Source: Octopus bimaculoides (taxonomy: Eukaryota). From it: a DNA stretch of 64,000 nucleotides. The notes beneath the pieces are model-generated. The model made no database searches. It was not told where the DNA came from and worked only from the letters and a program-made list of their open reading frames with translations. The translations under genes and the position numbers were made by a program. Below are positions 40,615-52,534 of the stretch, piece after piece (the first letter of the stretch is position 1; each line of letters begins with the position of its first letter). The DNA lies in contig NC_068982.1 in the NCBI RefSeq assembly GCF_001194135.2, forward strand, positions 162,206,564 through 162,270,563, in the 5' to 3' direction.

Positions 40615-42275
40615 AATGATTATCTAAAGAAACAGATTAAATTGCAATTAATAGTGTAGTAGAGTTAATAGCAGTTTAGAGTGGAAGATGGGAATATTAT
40701 TGGTGAAGAGGTAGCTATGCAGGTAATAGATGTGTATGGGTGGTGGTGGTGGTGGTGGAGTTGTGAATTTGTCTATTTGATCTTTGGAGATATATTTACC
40801 TAAACATTTTTGCTTCCATAGTTCTGATAAGTGTGCTACATTTACCATAAACCACATTGCTACCCAAGTATTTCAAGCATTGGTCCCTTCATCTGTCTAT
40901 CTATATAACCTTACGTTCTATTCCACCATGTCTCCATCTATTAGCTGTAACCTTTGCCACTATCATGCCTCCATCATCATACTCTCATCAGCAGCACCAC
41001 CACCATCATCCTTTCATCAGCAGCACCACCACCATCATCATCATAGAAATTTTAAATGTTTTCCATGCTGGAATGAGTTGAACAACTCAACAGGATCCAA
41101 GTAGCCAGAGGACCATATCTTACTCCAATATCCCAATAATGGCAAAGTTTCTACAGTCAGATGCCCTTCTTGGCACCAACAACATTTGCAGTGTTGGGTG
41201 CATTTTCTCAAGATGCCAACACTGTAATTTGAATAACACAGCAATTTGAATAACCAACAAATTACAGAATGTACCAGGTACTTTTTACATAGCACCAGCA
41301 CCAGTGAGGTTTACCTGGTAGCTTATGAGATGAAAGAGAAGAACGCTGAAGAGAGAAACAGTGAACAGTGTTGAGTGTGTGAATAATGAAGGAGACAGCA
41401 AAAAGTGAAAGAGTAATATTAGAATTAGTGTGAAAGAGATATATGATGTATATATATATATATATATATATCATCATCATCATCATCATACATCTGCTTT
41501 CTATGCTTGCATGGGTTGCACAGTTCGTCAAGATGAGAGTCTTATTGGAGTTACACAGGTTTATTGTTGAGCAAAAGTTAAGAGAAAGACTAATAGAGAC
41601 ATTATTAGGAAAGTAGTTAATATGAGAAAAGATGTGCCAGGGGAATTATTGAGATAGAGGCAGTGGTAATGGTAGTGGAGTAGGTTGAGTAGAAGGAAAT
41701 GCATTGCTACCCCAAGTTATATATGGGTAGATAGAGTGGTGCATAAAGAAAAGTTAAGATGATGATGACAAGGAGCCAGAGCATATCCTTTAGGTAACAT
41801 TTTCCAGAAAGTGTTATAACAGAAGATGCAAGGAGGTTGGGTAAAGTTCTGCAAGCATGCAATCCCTCTCCACTGTGAATAAATAAACATTACATTAGAC
41901 AGAGTAATCTGAATGCTAAAGGGTTAAGAAGAATAGAACCCTATAGATACTGAGGTCATCAACAGTGATCCCTATCTACTATTGTATCACACAGTGAATC
42001 AATGGAGTGGGAATGATTCAGTTAAGTTTGTAATAATGATATACAGTGGTATGATTACTTATTGATGTCCAGTAGGGTGGACACTTAATGATACTCCAGT
42101 AGTTTGGTTACTTCAATGATGTACAGTGGTATGGTCACTTAATGATGCAAGATGGTATAGCTACTTTTATATATATTTGATATTTATTTAATATACATTT
42201 CATATTTATTTAATTTATATTTCATTATTTATTTAATCTATATTTCATTTATATTTCATATTTACTTACTTGCAG

Positions 42276-42502
42276 AGTGGTGGTGATGGTGGCAACTATT
42301 CATTAGCCAGAGTAATTGCTGACTACAGCGCTATCAAGGAAGACGAAATCTCCGTCAACAAAGGAGAGAAAGTTCAAATCTTAACAACAAACCAAAATAA
42401 TATGTTTCTTGTCCACAGAGCAGCTAATGAGGTTTCACCAGCAGCTGAAGGATGGATTCCAGGAGTTGTCTTAGGCTCAGTTGATGAAGGTGGAAGTCTC
42501 AA
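42276..42502 (+). CDS. KALRN/TRIO: Kalirin/Trio-like exon B: SH3 domain
   Basis: ttacttgcAG|AGT and AA|GTTAGT. Encodes ARVIADYSAIKEDEISVNKGEKVQIL...AAEGWIPGVVLG, with the SH3 signatures DY..., E/DEIS..KGE and EGWIP, as in the second SH3 of Trio/Kalirin. Confidence 0.95.
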
Positions 42503-43208
42503 GTTAGTACATTTGCTTACCAGTAATGATGTCTAATGAAGGGAAAAGTCTACTGTATGTCGTGTGTTTGATGGATTACCATAAGCAAGCAATATATATA
42601 TATATATATATTTATATATATGTACACACATGCACACACACACACACACACCTGCTAACATAGTATTTTAAAGGTAGTATTTAAGCAGTGCTATAAACTT
42701 TTGTTTATTGCAATGATAACAATTATGTTTGTGTGTGTGTTGTTTTTCTTATTTTCTACTGGTTTTAGTCATTGAATTGTGGTCATGTTGGATACCACCA
42801 TGAAATTTAGATAATTACATAGTAACCCTAATGCTTATTTTAAAACAATTGAAAAATAAAATATTTAACATTTATTTATTTCTCTATATAACTTCTCGTA
42901 AAAACAATCATTAATCACTATAGTAATTTTTGTCAAATCTCTGTCTTTAACTTCCAGTTTCATTTGCATTCCCCTGTTTTTCACCTTCTGTATATATGTT
43001 TCCATGTGAATGTGTGTGTGTGTGCATGCACTTGCACACAGACACACACAGATATATATTTCTGAACTTGATCTTTATTATGAATCTCAATTCTTTAAAT
43101 TTCTCTGAAAAAAACCCATAAAAAAAAAAAACTAATGTGATATATATTTATGATATGTAAAATCCTTGTCAAATTGTTATGTTTTTCTGTTTTTTCATTC
43201 TTCTCCAG

Positions 43209-43338
43209 AAAAACATCATGGCAAATGTTCAAGTTACGTAAATCTAGTTTGAAGAGAGAATCTGACAGCAAAAATACTTTGGAACGGAAAAGTAGAAGTT
43301 TGGGTCGAGATGGCAAACTACCATCATCAACATCAAAA
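43209..43338 (+). CDS. KALRN/TRIO: Kalirin/Trio-like exon C: basic linker between SH3 and Ig
   Basis: ttctccAG|A and AAA|GTAGGT. Phases 2 and 0 fit both neighbours. KKTSWQMFKLRKSS resembles the KSSSWH..LRLRK motif I recall after the Trio SH3-2. Confidence 0.88.
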
Positions 43339-44049
43339 GTAGGTGTAGATTTGCTTGATGTCTTAAATTGCTCTACATTTACAGAGCTGACATTATTAAA
43401 CTGTCATTCTGTTAATCTGCTTTAAAAATTGATCTTGGAAGACTGTTTGAGAGAATGAGAGGAATATAATCCAATATTAATCTATTTACGTTGGATTAGA
43501 ATTTTTCTATTGTAGATGAAATAACATGAATGAGAGAGGTTTTGACTCCACTCTTTTGAAGATTCGTTTGTTTAATATCCAAACTGAAATGTTTCATGAT
43601 GACTGATACATCGCAGTGTCTGTTGGTAAGCCTCTACAAAAAGACACATGCATTAGAGTACTTACTGTTCATGTACATGGTATGTCACTGCTGATAAAGA
43701 CACCCACACACATATCCAAGAGTGCATCAAAAAGAAGGTCAACCAGTTCATTCACCAACACAATACAACCACCAGTCCACAAACATTCTCTATGTTCTCT
43801 TTATCTCTTCTGTTGCATCTATAATAACTTCTGCTCTGAAGTAGATGATGTGCCCAGGCCAATCTGTTGACCTACTTCTCTTCCTCTCATCATCCCTGCT
43901 GTGTCTCAGCTGCACTAAGCACTTTGCTCAATCCTTGCTTTCCGGAACCATATGCCTTTAGAATTTCCTCTCTATACTCATTTTCCCCTAGATATCAACC
44001 TGCATGTGTTCAAGCTATTTTTGGAAATTATTTATTTTGTAAATTAATT

Positions 44050-45470
44050 AGAGAAGAGATTCTCACCAGACAGCAGGATGCATGGTTGCTCTTAAATATA
44101 AAGACCCTCCCTGGTGAAGAACGTACCCTCCAGCATAGACTAGTCATTAGTGACTTGAGACTCCAGGCCAGAAGTTCCAGGTATGGAAGTGAGGTCTGGA
44201 ATCAAAAGGCCTTAGAGTTAACCTAGCAAAACCCAAAGTCTTAGTAAGTAGGAAGGCGGACAAATCACAGATCCCTTCAGATAGATGGCCCTGTTAATCT
44301 GTAGAAAAGGTGTAGGTAGAACCTCCATAAGATGCATCCAGTGTAAGCTTTGGATATATAAAAGGTGCAGCAACGTCAGAGGAAGGTTAACAGGGAAACT
44401 AACCTTTGTATGTGGAAGGTGCATAGGTACAATAAATGCTGAAAATGTGCAGAAAATAGACTCCATCAACTGTCAGTGGGGCAAGCTAGAGGTAGTAGAT
44501 AGCTACCGCTATCTAGGTGACCAAGTTAGTAGTGGGGCTGGATGCTCCAAGAGCGTAGCTGTGAGAATGAGATTAGGTTGGGCAAAGTTCAGAGAGCTCC
44601 TACCTCTACTGGTTACAAAGGGCCTCTCTCTCAGAGTGAAAGGCAAATTGTTTGATACCTGTATGCAAACAGCTATGCTGCATGGCAGTGAAATATGGGC
44701 TATGACAGCCAAGGACATGCATAGGCTTGAAAGAAATGAAGCTGGTATGCTTCACTGGATGTGCAATGTCAGTGTGCATGTTCGACAGAGGGTAAGCATC
44801 TTGAGAGAAAAGTTAGGCATAAGAGGAATCAAATGTGGTGTGCAAGAGAGACAACTGTGTGTGTATGGACAAGGACAGCTATGTAAAGAAATGCTGATCT
44901 CTAACTGTGGAGGGAGCCTGTGGTAGAAGTAGACCCAGAAAGACATGGGACGAGGTGGTGAAGCATGATTGTCAAACTTTGAGCCTCACAGAGGCAGTGA
45001 CTGATGACCGAGACCTTTGGCGATGTGCTGTGCTTGAGAGGACCCATCAACCCAAGTGCACCCGTGCTGGTAGCATGTAAAATACATCTTTTGAACATTA
45101 GGCCTCACAGAGGTGAAGTGACAGTTCCTTTCAAGTGTTGGGCCTCACAGAGACAATGACCAAGACCTTTGGCATTATGTCATGCTTGAGAAGAAGACCC
45201 ATGAAGCCAAGCAAAATCACAGTCGTGGCAGATACAGGTGTCACACTAATTGGCATGTAAATGCACCCCAGTCTCATGTAAATGGCACCCGTGCCGGTGG
45301 CATGTAAGAGCACCCATTACACTCTCAGAGTGGTTGGTGTTAGGAAGGGCATCCAGTAATAGAAAATCATGCCAAATCAGACTGGAGTCTGGTGCAGCCT
45401 TCCAGCGTGCCAGCTCAGTCAAGCCGTCCAACCCATGCCAGCAGGGACAATGGACGTTAAATGATGACAA
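44050..45470 (+). mobile_element. RTE-clade LINE, deletion derivative (end of endonuclease fused to post-RT region, full 3' UTR and tail)
   Basis: ILTRQQD...PGEERTLQHRLVISD is the APE C-terminus. It is followed by GLRVNLAKPKVL, a Cys-rich finger, FRYLGD-like SYRYLGDQ, GWAKFRELLPLL and MLHGSEIW, then the 3' module ending ggacgttaaatgatgac. Confidence 0.92.
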
Positions 45471-47071
45471 TGAAGATAAGACTGCCCATGATTATTCTTG
45501 TAGGTTTATATTTGTGAGATCAATACAGGTGATGTTCAGTTGTTGGTCAGTGTGTTTGGGGAGACAGTTCCAGTTGATGGCAGTTATAGGGAAGAAAGAC
45601 TGAGGAATGTATCTAGCTATTGTGCTGAGCATACCTTGGTGGAAGTGGTATACAACTAACACACTGGCCAGATAACAAATGGAATCATAGCCATCTCCAC
45701 CACCTTTAAAAGGAAGGCACTAATAGTGACAAGCTGGTAACTGGTAAGGTCAAAGAGGCTATCTTTTGTGGAAATGGGACCTACTATAGCATATTTCCAT
45801 AAATTAGGATAGAACTATGTAGAAACAGTTTTGTGGGAATATTGTACAGCTCTGGAATACACAATCTGACAGAGATAATGGAAAATAGCACACTCACATC
45901 ACTAGAACTGTCTTATTGGGTTGGAATGATTAATGAATTTTTCATGCTTAGGGCAATGTGTTTGTTGCAGCCAAACTGATGGAATTAAATAGAGAGAGTT
46001 TGAGTGGGATTTTGTTATGTCAGTGTGTGCAGCATGGATTTGGAAGTGAAATAGGTAGCCAATGTTGTGGCTTTATTTACAAATGTGTTACTTACATAGC
46101 CAGTAACTTGGCTATCATGTTCTAGAACAGATTGAGTCAACTCAACAGTACTTTTCTATAAAAATGTATGGTTTGTTTGTGTAAGATATCCTTAATATTA
46201 TATTATTGTTCATATCAGATGCTATTGCAATGTATAATATAAAATATTGTGATTTTATAATATAAAATATTATGTATAAATATTAAGATATAAATATGAT
46301 ATATACTTTTATGCATTAGATATTTTAATATATATATGTAATGATATAGAATTTAATATGGTATAACTATGATGTAAACATTGTGATATATATATAATTC
46401 TTTACGACATAAAAATATAATATAGATATTATATAAATCTTTTTAATGGTAGAACACAAAGTAGATAAAGCTATAAATAATAGCATGTAAATATTGGGTT
46501 TAAAAAAACCCTTGGATGGAAAAAGTCAAAGGTTTCTCATGATGTTCTGATATGAATGAGATTACATAAATATTGAGATAAATTCATGATATAAATATTC
46601 TGATATAAAATATTATGATACAAACATTTCTAGTATAAAATATTATGGTAAATATTTATAGTACAAAACATTTTATCAGTGTTATCATAAAAATAAAAGC
46701 AGTATTATTTGCCATGATGTCTTTGTTGGCATTGACTCATATCCAAGTAGCAGATTTGTAGCCATTGATTGAGCCTCTTCATCTTGATGAGTGTGAAGGG
46801 TGCCAATGCCTCACTCAGATGGCTGTTCAGGCCAAGGGTAGCATAGAAGAGCTGGGGGCATTTATTGTCAAGAAGTAGAGATCAGGTGTCAAAGATGCAA
46901 AGAGCAACTTGCACTTCCTCATCACCCATCAACTCTCCTCTGTGATAAATGCCCCCAGCTTTTCTGTGATATAAAGCATGACTATTAAATATACTAGAAC
47001 TTATTCTCTTTTGTTGCATACCAAACCACTGCAAAACCAGAATGGTAACATAACTTCTCTCTTTGTTTCAG

Positions 47072-47290
47072 ATGAGTAGTTCCGATTTTATTTATGAAGT
47101 TGCACCAACCATTCAGCAGGCTCTCGCTGATATAACAGTAAACGCAGGAGAAGAGGCTGTGTTAACTTGTCGTATCTGTGGTCGCCCCAGACCAACTATC
47201 ACTTGGAAGTCTCCAGATTCCAACACTGTGATACCGAGTGCAAGAACTTCAATTAGTTACTGTGATGAGAATGGTGAGGCACGGTTGCAA
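47072..47290 (+). CDS. KALRN/TRIO: Kalirin/Trio-like exon D: Ig (I-set) domain, N-terminal part
   Basis: ctttgtttcAG|ATG and CAA|GTAAGT. FIYEVAPTIQQALADITVNAGEEAVLTCRICGRPRPTITWKSPD carries the I-set motif L.C...G.P.P.I.W. Confidence 0.95.
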
Positions 47291-47296
47291 GTAAGT

Positions 47297-47830
47297 ATCA
47301 CTGGCTGTTATAATCATCGTTGCATCTTCTTCATTGTCATTATCATTAGCATCCTCATCTTCTCTGTTATCATTATCATCGTCATCACCCTGATTGTTAT
47401 TATTACCATTGTCATTAATATCATCATGTTCATCATCATCCTCATTGTGGTCATTATCATCATCTTTACAGTTATCAGTCATCCTCATCTCTTCAACATC
47501 ATTGTCATCATCATCACCATCATCATCACAGTCATCATCACCATCATTGTCATCATTGTAGTCATCACCACCATCATTGTCATCAGTCATCATCACCATC
47601 ATAGACATCATCATCATCATTGTCATCATTACCATTATAGCCATCACCATCATTGGTTGTTATCACCACCATTGTTATCATTACTATCACTATCGTCATT
47701 GTCACTACCACTATGTTTTTCATTATTTTCATCCACCATCTTCACCTCCAGTCTTATGTGTATCTCCTGTCACTACCATTACTGTAACCTCCGCTATGGC
47801 TGCCACCACCAGTATAGCTATTATTCAACT
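47297..47830. repeat. Degenerate (ATC/CAT)n trinucleotide tract filling the Ig intron
   Basis: Direct reading. It explains the I/H-rich (+) and D/M-rich (-) ORFs. Confidence 0.9.
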
Positions 47831-47899
47831 CGTACATGAAGAACCCCAACTCTTCCTAGAATTTATTTCATTGGTTTTGTCTTGTCTCCTCCTTTATAG

Positions 47900-47996
47900 A
47901 TATCTGATGTGACCATGTTAGATGATGGAGAATATTTATGTATTGGCAGCAGTGATCTGGGCACAGTGATGAGTAGAGCTTCAATTACAGTCATTG
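47900..47996 (+). CDS. KALRN/TRIO: Kalirin/Trio-like exon E: Ig domain, C-terminal part
   Basis: cctttatAG|ATA and G|GTTTGT. ISDVTMLDDGEYLCIGSSDLGTVMSRASITVI contains the Ig D.G.Y.C motif. Confidence 0.95.
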
Positions 47997-48944
47997 GTTT
48001 GTATAAATTATATACACACATATATACCTGCACATGCAATCACACGCACACATGCATACATATGCACGCATGCATGCATACATTTATGTCTATCGTCATA
48101 TACAGACACAGTCCTTCGTTATTTGCATATAGACACACACACCATACATACATGCATACATTCATGCACACACACACACACATTCACTCTCTTGCAAACA
48201 GTTTCATGTTATTTGCTCCTGTTTATTATTTTGCTATTTTTTACTCTGGAATATCCAATTTTTTTATATATTTAATATTTTCAAATATTTTTTATATCGT
48301 TATGTCTATGACTTGAAAACGTCTAAAACTATCAGTATATAAATGTGAGGTGCTGGACAACTGACAACATAGTCAAAAGTTCTGATCTTACTAATTCATG
48401 TCAATGTACCACAGCCCCCTGAACAAGACCCCGCCTACTTCACAATGTGGTAAAAAGGACATCCAAAAGTAAAACCTTTACAGAGTTTGAGCATAATCCA
48501 CATTGGTGTACTACTTACATACATGGGTTGGCACAGCTACTACTTATACAAACATTTCAGGTCACAGAAAATATAGGTTATTCAAGTGATTGACAGCGGC
48601 TCACTTACCAACACAATTACACCCACTGGCTCACAGGCATGATGTTTCTGCTAACTCTCTAGCCTACCTCTACTACAATGACCTTTTTTCCTCTGATCTT
48701 GCTAGCTTCATTCTTATCCCACTCAGCATACTCCTCTCTTGTCGGCCTTATTGTGCCTCATAGCTCACATATTGCACTAAACACTACAAACATGGCAGTA
48801 TAAGCCATATAATCCATGGTGGGATTTGAACTCAGAATACAAAGAGTTAAAACAAATTCTGCAAGTCATTAGGTTTGATATTCTTACAGGAGATGTACAA
48901 TCCAAACAGTATCTCTGCTATCATATATGTATGTGTATATAGTG

Positions 48945-49034
48945 TTGTGTACACTTATATTATAATATGTTTGTGTACATTTATATTATAATATGTTTGT
49001 GTACATTTATATTATAATATGTTTGTGTACATTT
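48945..49034. repeat. 26-bp tandem repeat TTGTGTACATTTATATTATAATATGT x ~3.4
   Basis: Unit starts at 48945, 48971, 48997 and 49023. Confidence 0.95.
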
Positions 49035-50210
49035 AAACATTGAATTATCTTTGCTGTGGTAACTGCCTCAAAGAAGAAATTCTCTTTGTAAACTGTGTGT
49101 GAAACACTGAGCGGAGCTACAAATGATATTGAACTGTAAGACATGTATTTCTGTGTCTATGCTTCATCAATTAGACACCAAATCAGTTGATAGCAGCCCA
49201 CTAAAAACAGGTGTTCTTATATATGTAAACAGCAAAAAATACATATACTGGCATGAGCTAAGCTTTGTCAAGCTGGAATTAATTAGATAAAAGCACACTA
49301 ACCAGCAATGATTAAAATAAAACTGTACATTTATATTTAACACATTTGTCTACACTCAAACATGGAAAGACCTTCACTTTGGTATCTATCTTCGAGGAGA
49401 AGTTCTTACAGACAATGTAAGAAAGTACTTCTTGCTGGGATACAGATTACATCATTGGACTGTAAGGTACATGTTTCTACAAGTATAGTTCACCAGTTTC
49501 AGACACCAAATCAGTCATTCCCAGTTCTCTCAGAACTGCCTTTCTTATATGTAAACAGCAAAAAATACATGTACTGATGTGTGCTAAGCTTTGTCAGACT
49601 GGACTCTGTGTGTGTGTGTGTGCGTGCATGTGTGCATGCATGTATATACACGTATGTGTCTCTGTCTATATCTATTTATTTATTTGAAACACCAGGTATA
49701 AAAAACTATTGTCATATCAGAAACTGTAACTTAGTGATTTAGCAAACAAATTCAAATAAAGTGAGTATCAGATTGAAATAACTGTTGTGGTCTTTGTGAT
49801 TGACTAAATTCAGTAAAAGAAATTGTGCATGTGTGTGCATGCATGGATATATGTTTATATAAATGTATAAAAATAAGCTCATCAGCTGAAGCATTTCAGT
49901 ATTCTTAGGAAAGATAAGTTTTTGAGCATATTGAATTGTTTTAAATAGTTTAAAATATATAGTTGAAACAAGGATGAAGTAAAATTGGCAGCCATTATTG
50001 TGTAGTTAGTTTGATTGTGACAAATACAGTAGAATAACAAATTGCTTGTAACTGTCATATATATATTTATATATTAATGTATACAGGAGAGACAATTGAA
50101 CTGATGTTAACGAGGAATGATTATAAGTGCTAGTCTTGATGTAAGTTAATTAACAGAGCACTTTTATTGTTTCTATAGAATTTACTTAATTGTCATTCAT
50201 GGTTTTTCAG

Positions 50211-50342
50211 ATCGACCAGCAGCTCCTGGCAAGCCTGTCATACGCAATCAGGTAGGAACAGTGGTACATTTAGAGTGGACACCTCCATTACAGTCAAAAT
50301 CTGGACAGGTTCAGGGCTACACTGTTGAATACAGGTTTTGTG
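50211..50342 (+). CDS. KALRN/TRIO: Kalirin/Trio-like exon F: FN3 domain, N-terminal part
   Basis: ggtttttcAG|AT. DRPAAPGKPVIRNQVGTVVHLEWTPPLQSKSGQVQGYTVEYRFC has the FN3 motifs P..P..P, L.W.PP and GY.VEY. Donor G|GTATGA at 50343 was chosen for phase match; an alternative GT lies at 50335. Confidence 0.9.
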
Positions 50343-50381
50343 GTATGAAATATTTCTCAGTATTTTTACTTGAGAGTTTAA

Positions 50382-50602
50382 TCCTTTAGCATTTAGATTA
50401 CTTTGTCAAATGTAATAGTTGTTTATTCACATTTTTATAAAATCAATCCTGTATTATCTCATAGCTTTGAGATTTCAAAGATATGATTGTTTATTTTTAA
50501 AATGACATTGCAGGGTAGGTGTGAGAGGCTGGATCCGGCCAGTTTGAACGTAACACAGGTAGAATATTTGGACCAGATATGACCTGTTTAAATGTTAAAG
50601 GG
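50382..50602. mobile_element. piggyBac-type MITE (TTAA target site)
   Basis: TTAA-tCCTTTAGCATTT...AAATGtTAAAGGG-TTAA, 221 bp. A matching terminus AATGCTAAAGGG-TTAA also occurs at 41912-41927. Confidence 0.8.
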
Positions 50603-51116
50603 TTAAAGCAATTGAAATATTTGCTAGATTTAATCTTTTTTTTTTTTCTACTTTTGTAATTTTCCTCTGAATGTGACGAAATATTTTTTCTGGCATTCAA
50701 TGAACAAGTTTTGTTACAATTTCACCATAGGTAGCAATCCGAGGGTGTTTTGAGATTGTCACCCAACCTACTGAAAATAGCTGTGTTCAGACTGTCTTAG
50801 GAAAAAAACAAAAACACATAAGTGCAGGCATGGCTTAATGCTTATGAGTTTTGCCTTGAAGCTAATTGCTTTCAGTTTCAGGTGCCATTGCACTACATTA
50901 AAGACACAATGGGCAATTGTGTTCTACAGAAGCCTTGGATTTACAATGTTTATTGAGCAGTAGTGGAGGACAAATACAGACACTCACACACACACACACA
51001 CATATGTGATGGGCTTCTCTCAGTTTCCATCAACCAGATCCACTCACAAGGCCTTGGTCAGCCTGAGGCTATAGTAGAACACACTTACCCAAGATGTCAC
51101 ACAATATGTATGTATA

Positions 51117-51154
<38 letters not shown>

Positions 51155-51234
51155 ATGTATGTAGATATATGTATGTATATATATGTATATATATATGTAT
51201 GTGTGTGTGTGTATGTATATAGTGATAATTTACC

Positions 51235-52530
51235 AAAAAAGACAAAGACAGGTGTGTAAACAACAAACAGATGTATTAGTTTAACGCTCAGGAAGTGAGA
51301 AAGTCTTGCGTTTCAAGCCTACGCTCTTTGACAGAAAGGAACACAGAAATAAACAGGGAGAGAAAATAGAAAAGGTTTAGTGATCTATCATGGCGAATGC
51401 TGGACAGAAGGGTCACACAGGAAAGCTAGGAAGAAGGTGCATGTATATGTGAGAGCATTATGTGTATGTGGAAGGGGGCTGGTGACAGTGGCATGTGCAT
51501 GTGTAGGTGTGTGGATGATGGTTTAGGTGCTGGGAAGTGGTCAGTGCTAGTGTGTTCAGGGCGGTGTGATGTGGTGTGCGGGAGGCAAGGGTGGGGTTGG
51601 AATGTGTAGGGGTGGGGTAATGAGAGAGGGGGTGATGATGAAGGGAGAAGGTGGGTAGGAGTGAAGAGAGAAAGTAGGTGTCAGAGCAGAGTGGGAGGAA
51701 GTAGGTGTGAGAGGAGGAGGGTTAGATGAAGAGGGGAGGGGAGTTGAGCCCATGTGGTGCAAAGGAGTGAAGAGAGAAGATTCATCCCTGCTCATGGCGA
51801 AGACTGGAGTCCAGATGGCTCCTGTGCAAGGACAATCCGAACACAGACAGGTGTTGTAAAGAATGTCTGGTAGAGCAGAAATGGCGCGAGACTGGGGTGT
51901 CATTGCTGAAACTGATGTCTCGGAGGTGTTCCATGAACCAGTCAGCCAAGTGGCATCCCGTTTGACCGATGTATAGAGAAGGACAGAGAGAGCAGGTTAT
52001 GCAGTAGATGACGTTGCTAGAAGTGCAGGTGAAGGAGTCAGTGATATGATAGGGTCGATGATGGGTGCCTGTGAGGAAGGCGGTGTTGGAGAGGTAAGAG
52101 CAAATGCAGCAGCGTGGGCAGGAGCAGGGGAGCGAACTGGGTTGAGAGGTTGGGTTAGGGAAGAAGCTGTGGACCAAGAGGGCTCGTTTGAAGGAGGGGA
52201 GGGGTCGAATATATATGTATGCATGTATATATATGTATGTATATGTGTATGTATATATATGTATGTATATAGGGAGAATTCTCAAAAAAACAAAAGACGA
52301 TGACAGGTGGTGTAGACAACAAACACATGTATTAGTTTAACGCTCAGGAAGTGAAAAAGTCTTTAACGTTTCGAGCCTACGCTCTTCCACAGAAAGGAAC
52401 ACAGAAAGAAATAAGGAGAGAAAATAAAGAAAGTGTAGTGGCTAGCGATCTATGATGGCAAACGCCAGACAGAAGGGTCACACAGGAGAGCTAGGAAGAA
52501 GGGGAGATAATAAAGTAGTGGTGATCCCCA
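51235..52530 (-). mobile_element. Penelope-like retroelement fragment: GIY-YIG endonuclease flanked by direct pseudo-LTR repeats
   Basis: FTCTSSNVIYCITCSLCPSLYIGQTG..L..WFMEHLRDI...DTPVSRHF...HS has the GIY/YIG motifs, the intervening CxxC and the conserved His. An in-frame TGA at 51782-84 precedes IFSLHSFAPHGLN. Direct repeats at 51235-51437 and 52284-52502. Confidence 0.92.
52361..52396 (-). ncRNA. Candidate minimal type-I hammerhead ribozyme in the Penelope pseudo-LTR
   Basis: Minus strand reads CUUU-CUGUGGA-A-GAGC-GUAG-GCUC-GAAA-CG-UU-AAAG. Stem I is CUUU/AAAG, stem II is GAGC/GCUC, and the ACGU palindrome is at stem III. A degenerate second copy lies at 51305-51338. Confidence 0.6.
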
Positions 52531-52534
52531 AAAT

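Noticed and set aside
47072-47074. ATG at the first base of exon D as the start of a short Ig-FN3-kinase isoform
   Set aside because: No promoter or 5' exon evidence in the sequence; an internal Met is sufficient explanation.
47249-47653. Asp/Met-rich 134-aa minus-strand ORF resembling an acidic biomineral protein
   Set aside because: It is the reverse complement of the (ATC)n tract, with no independent gene structure.
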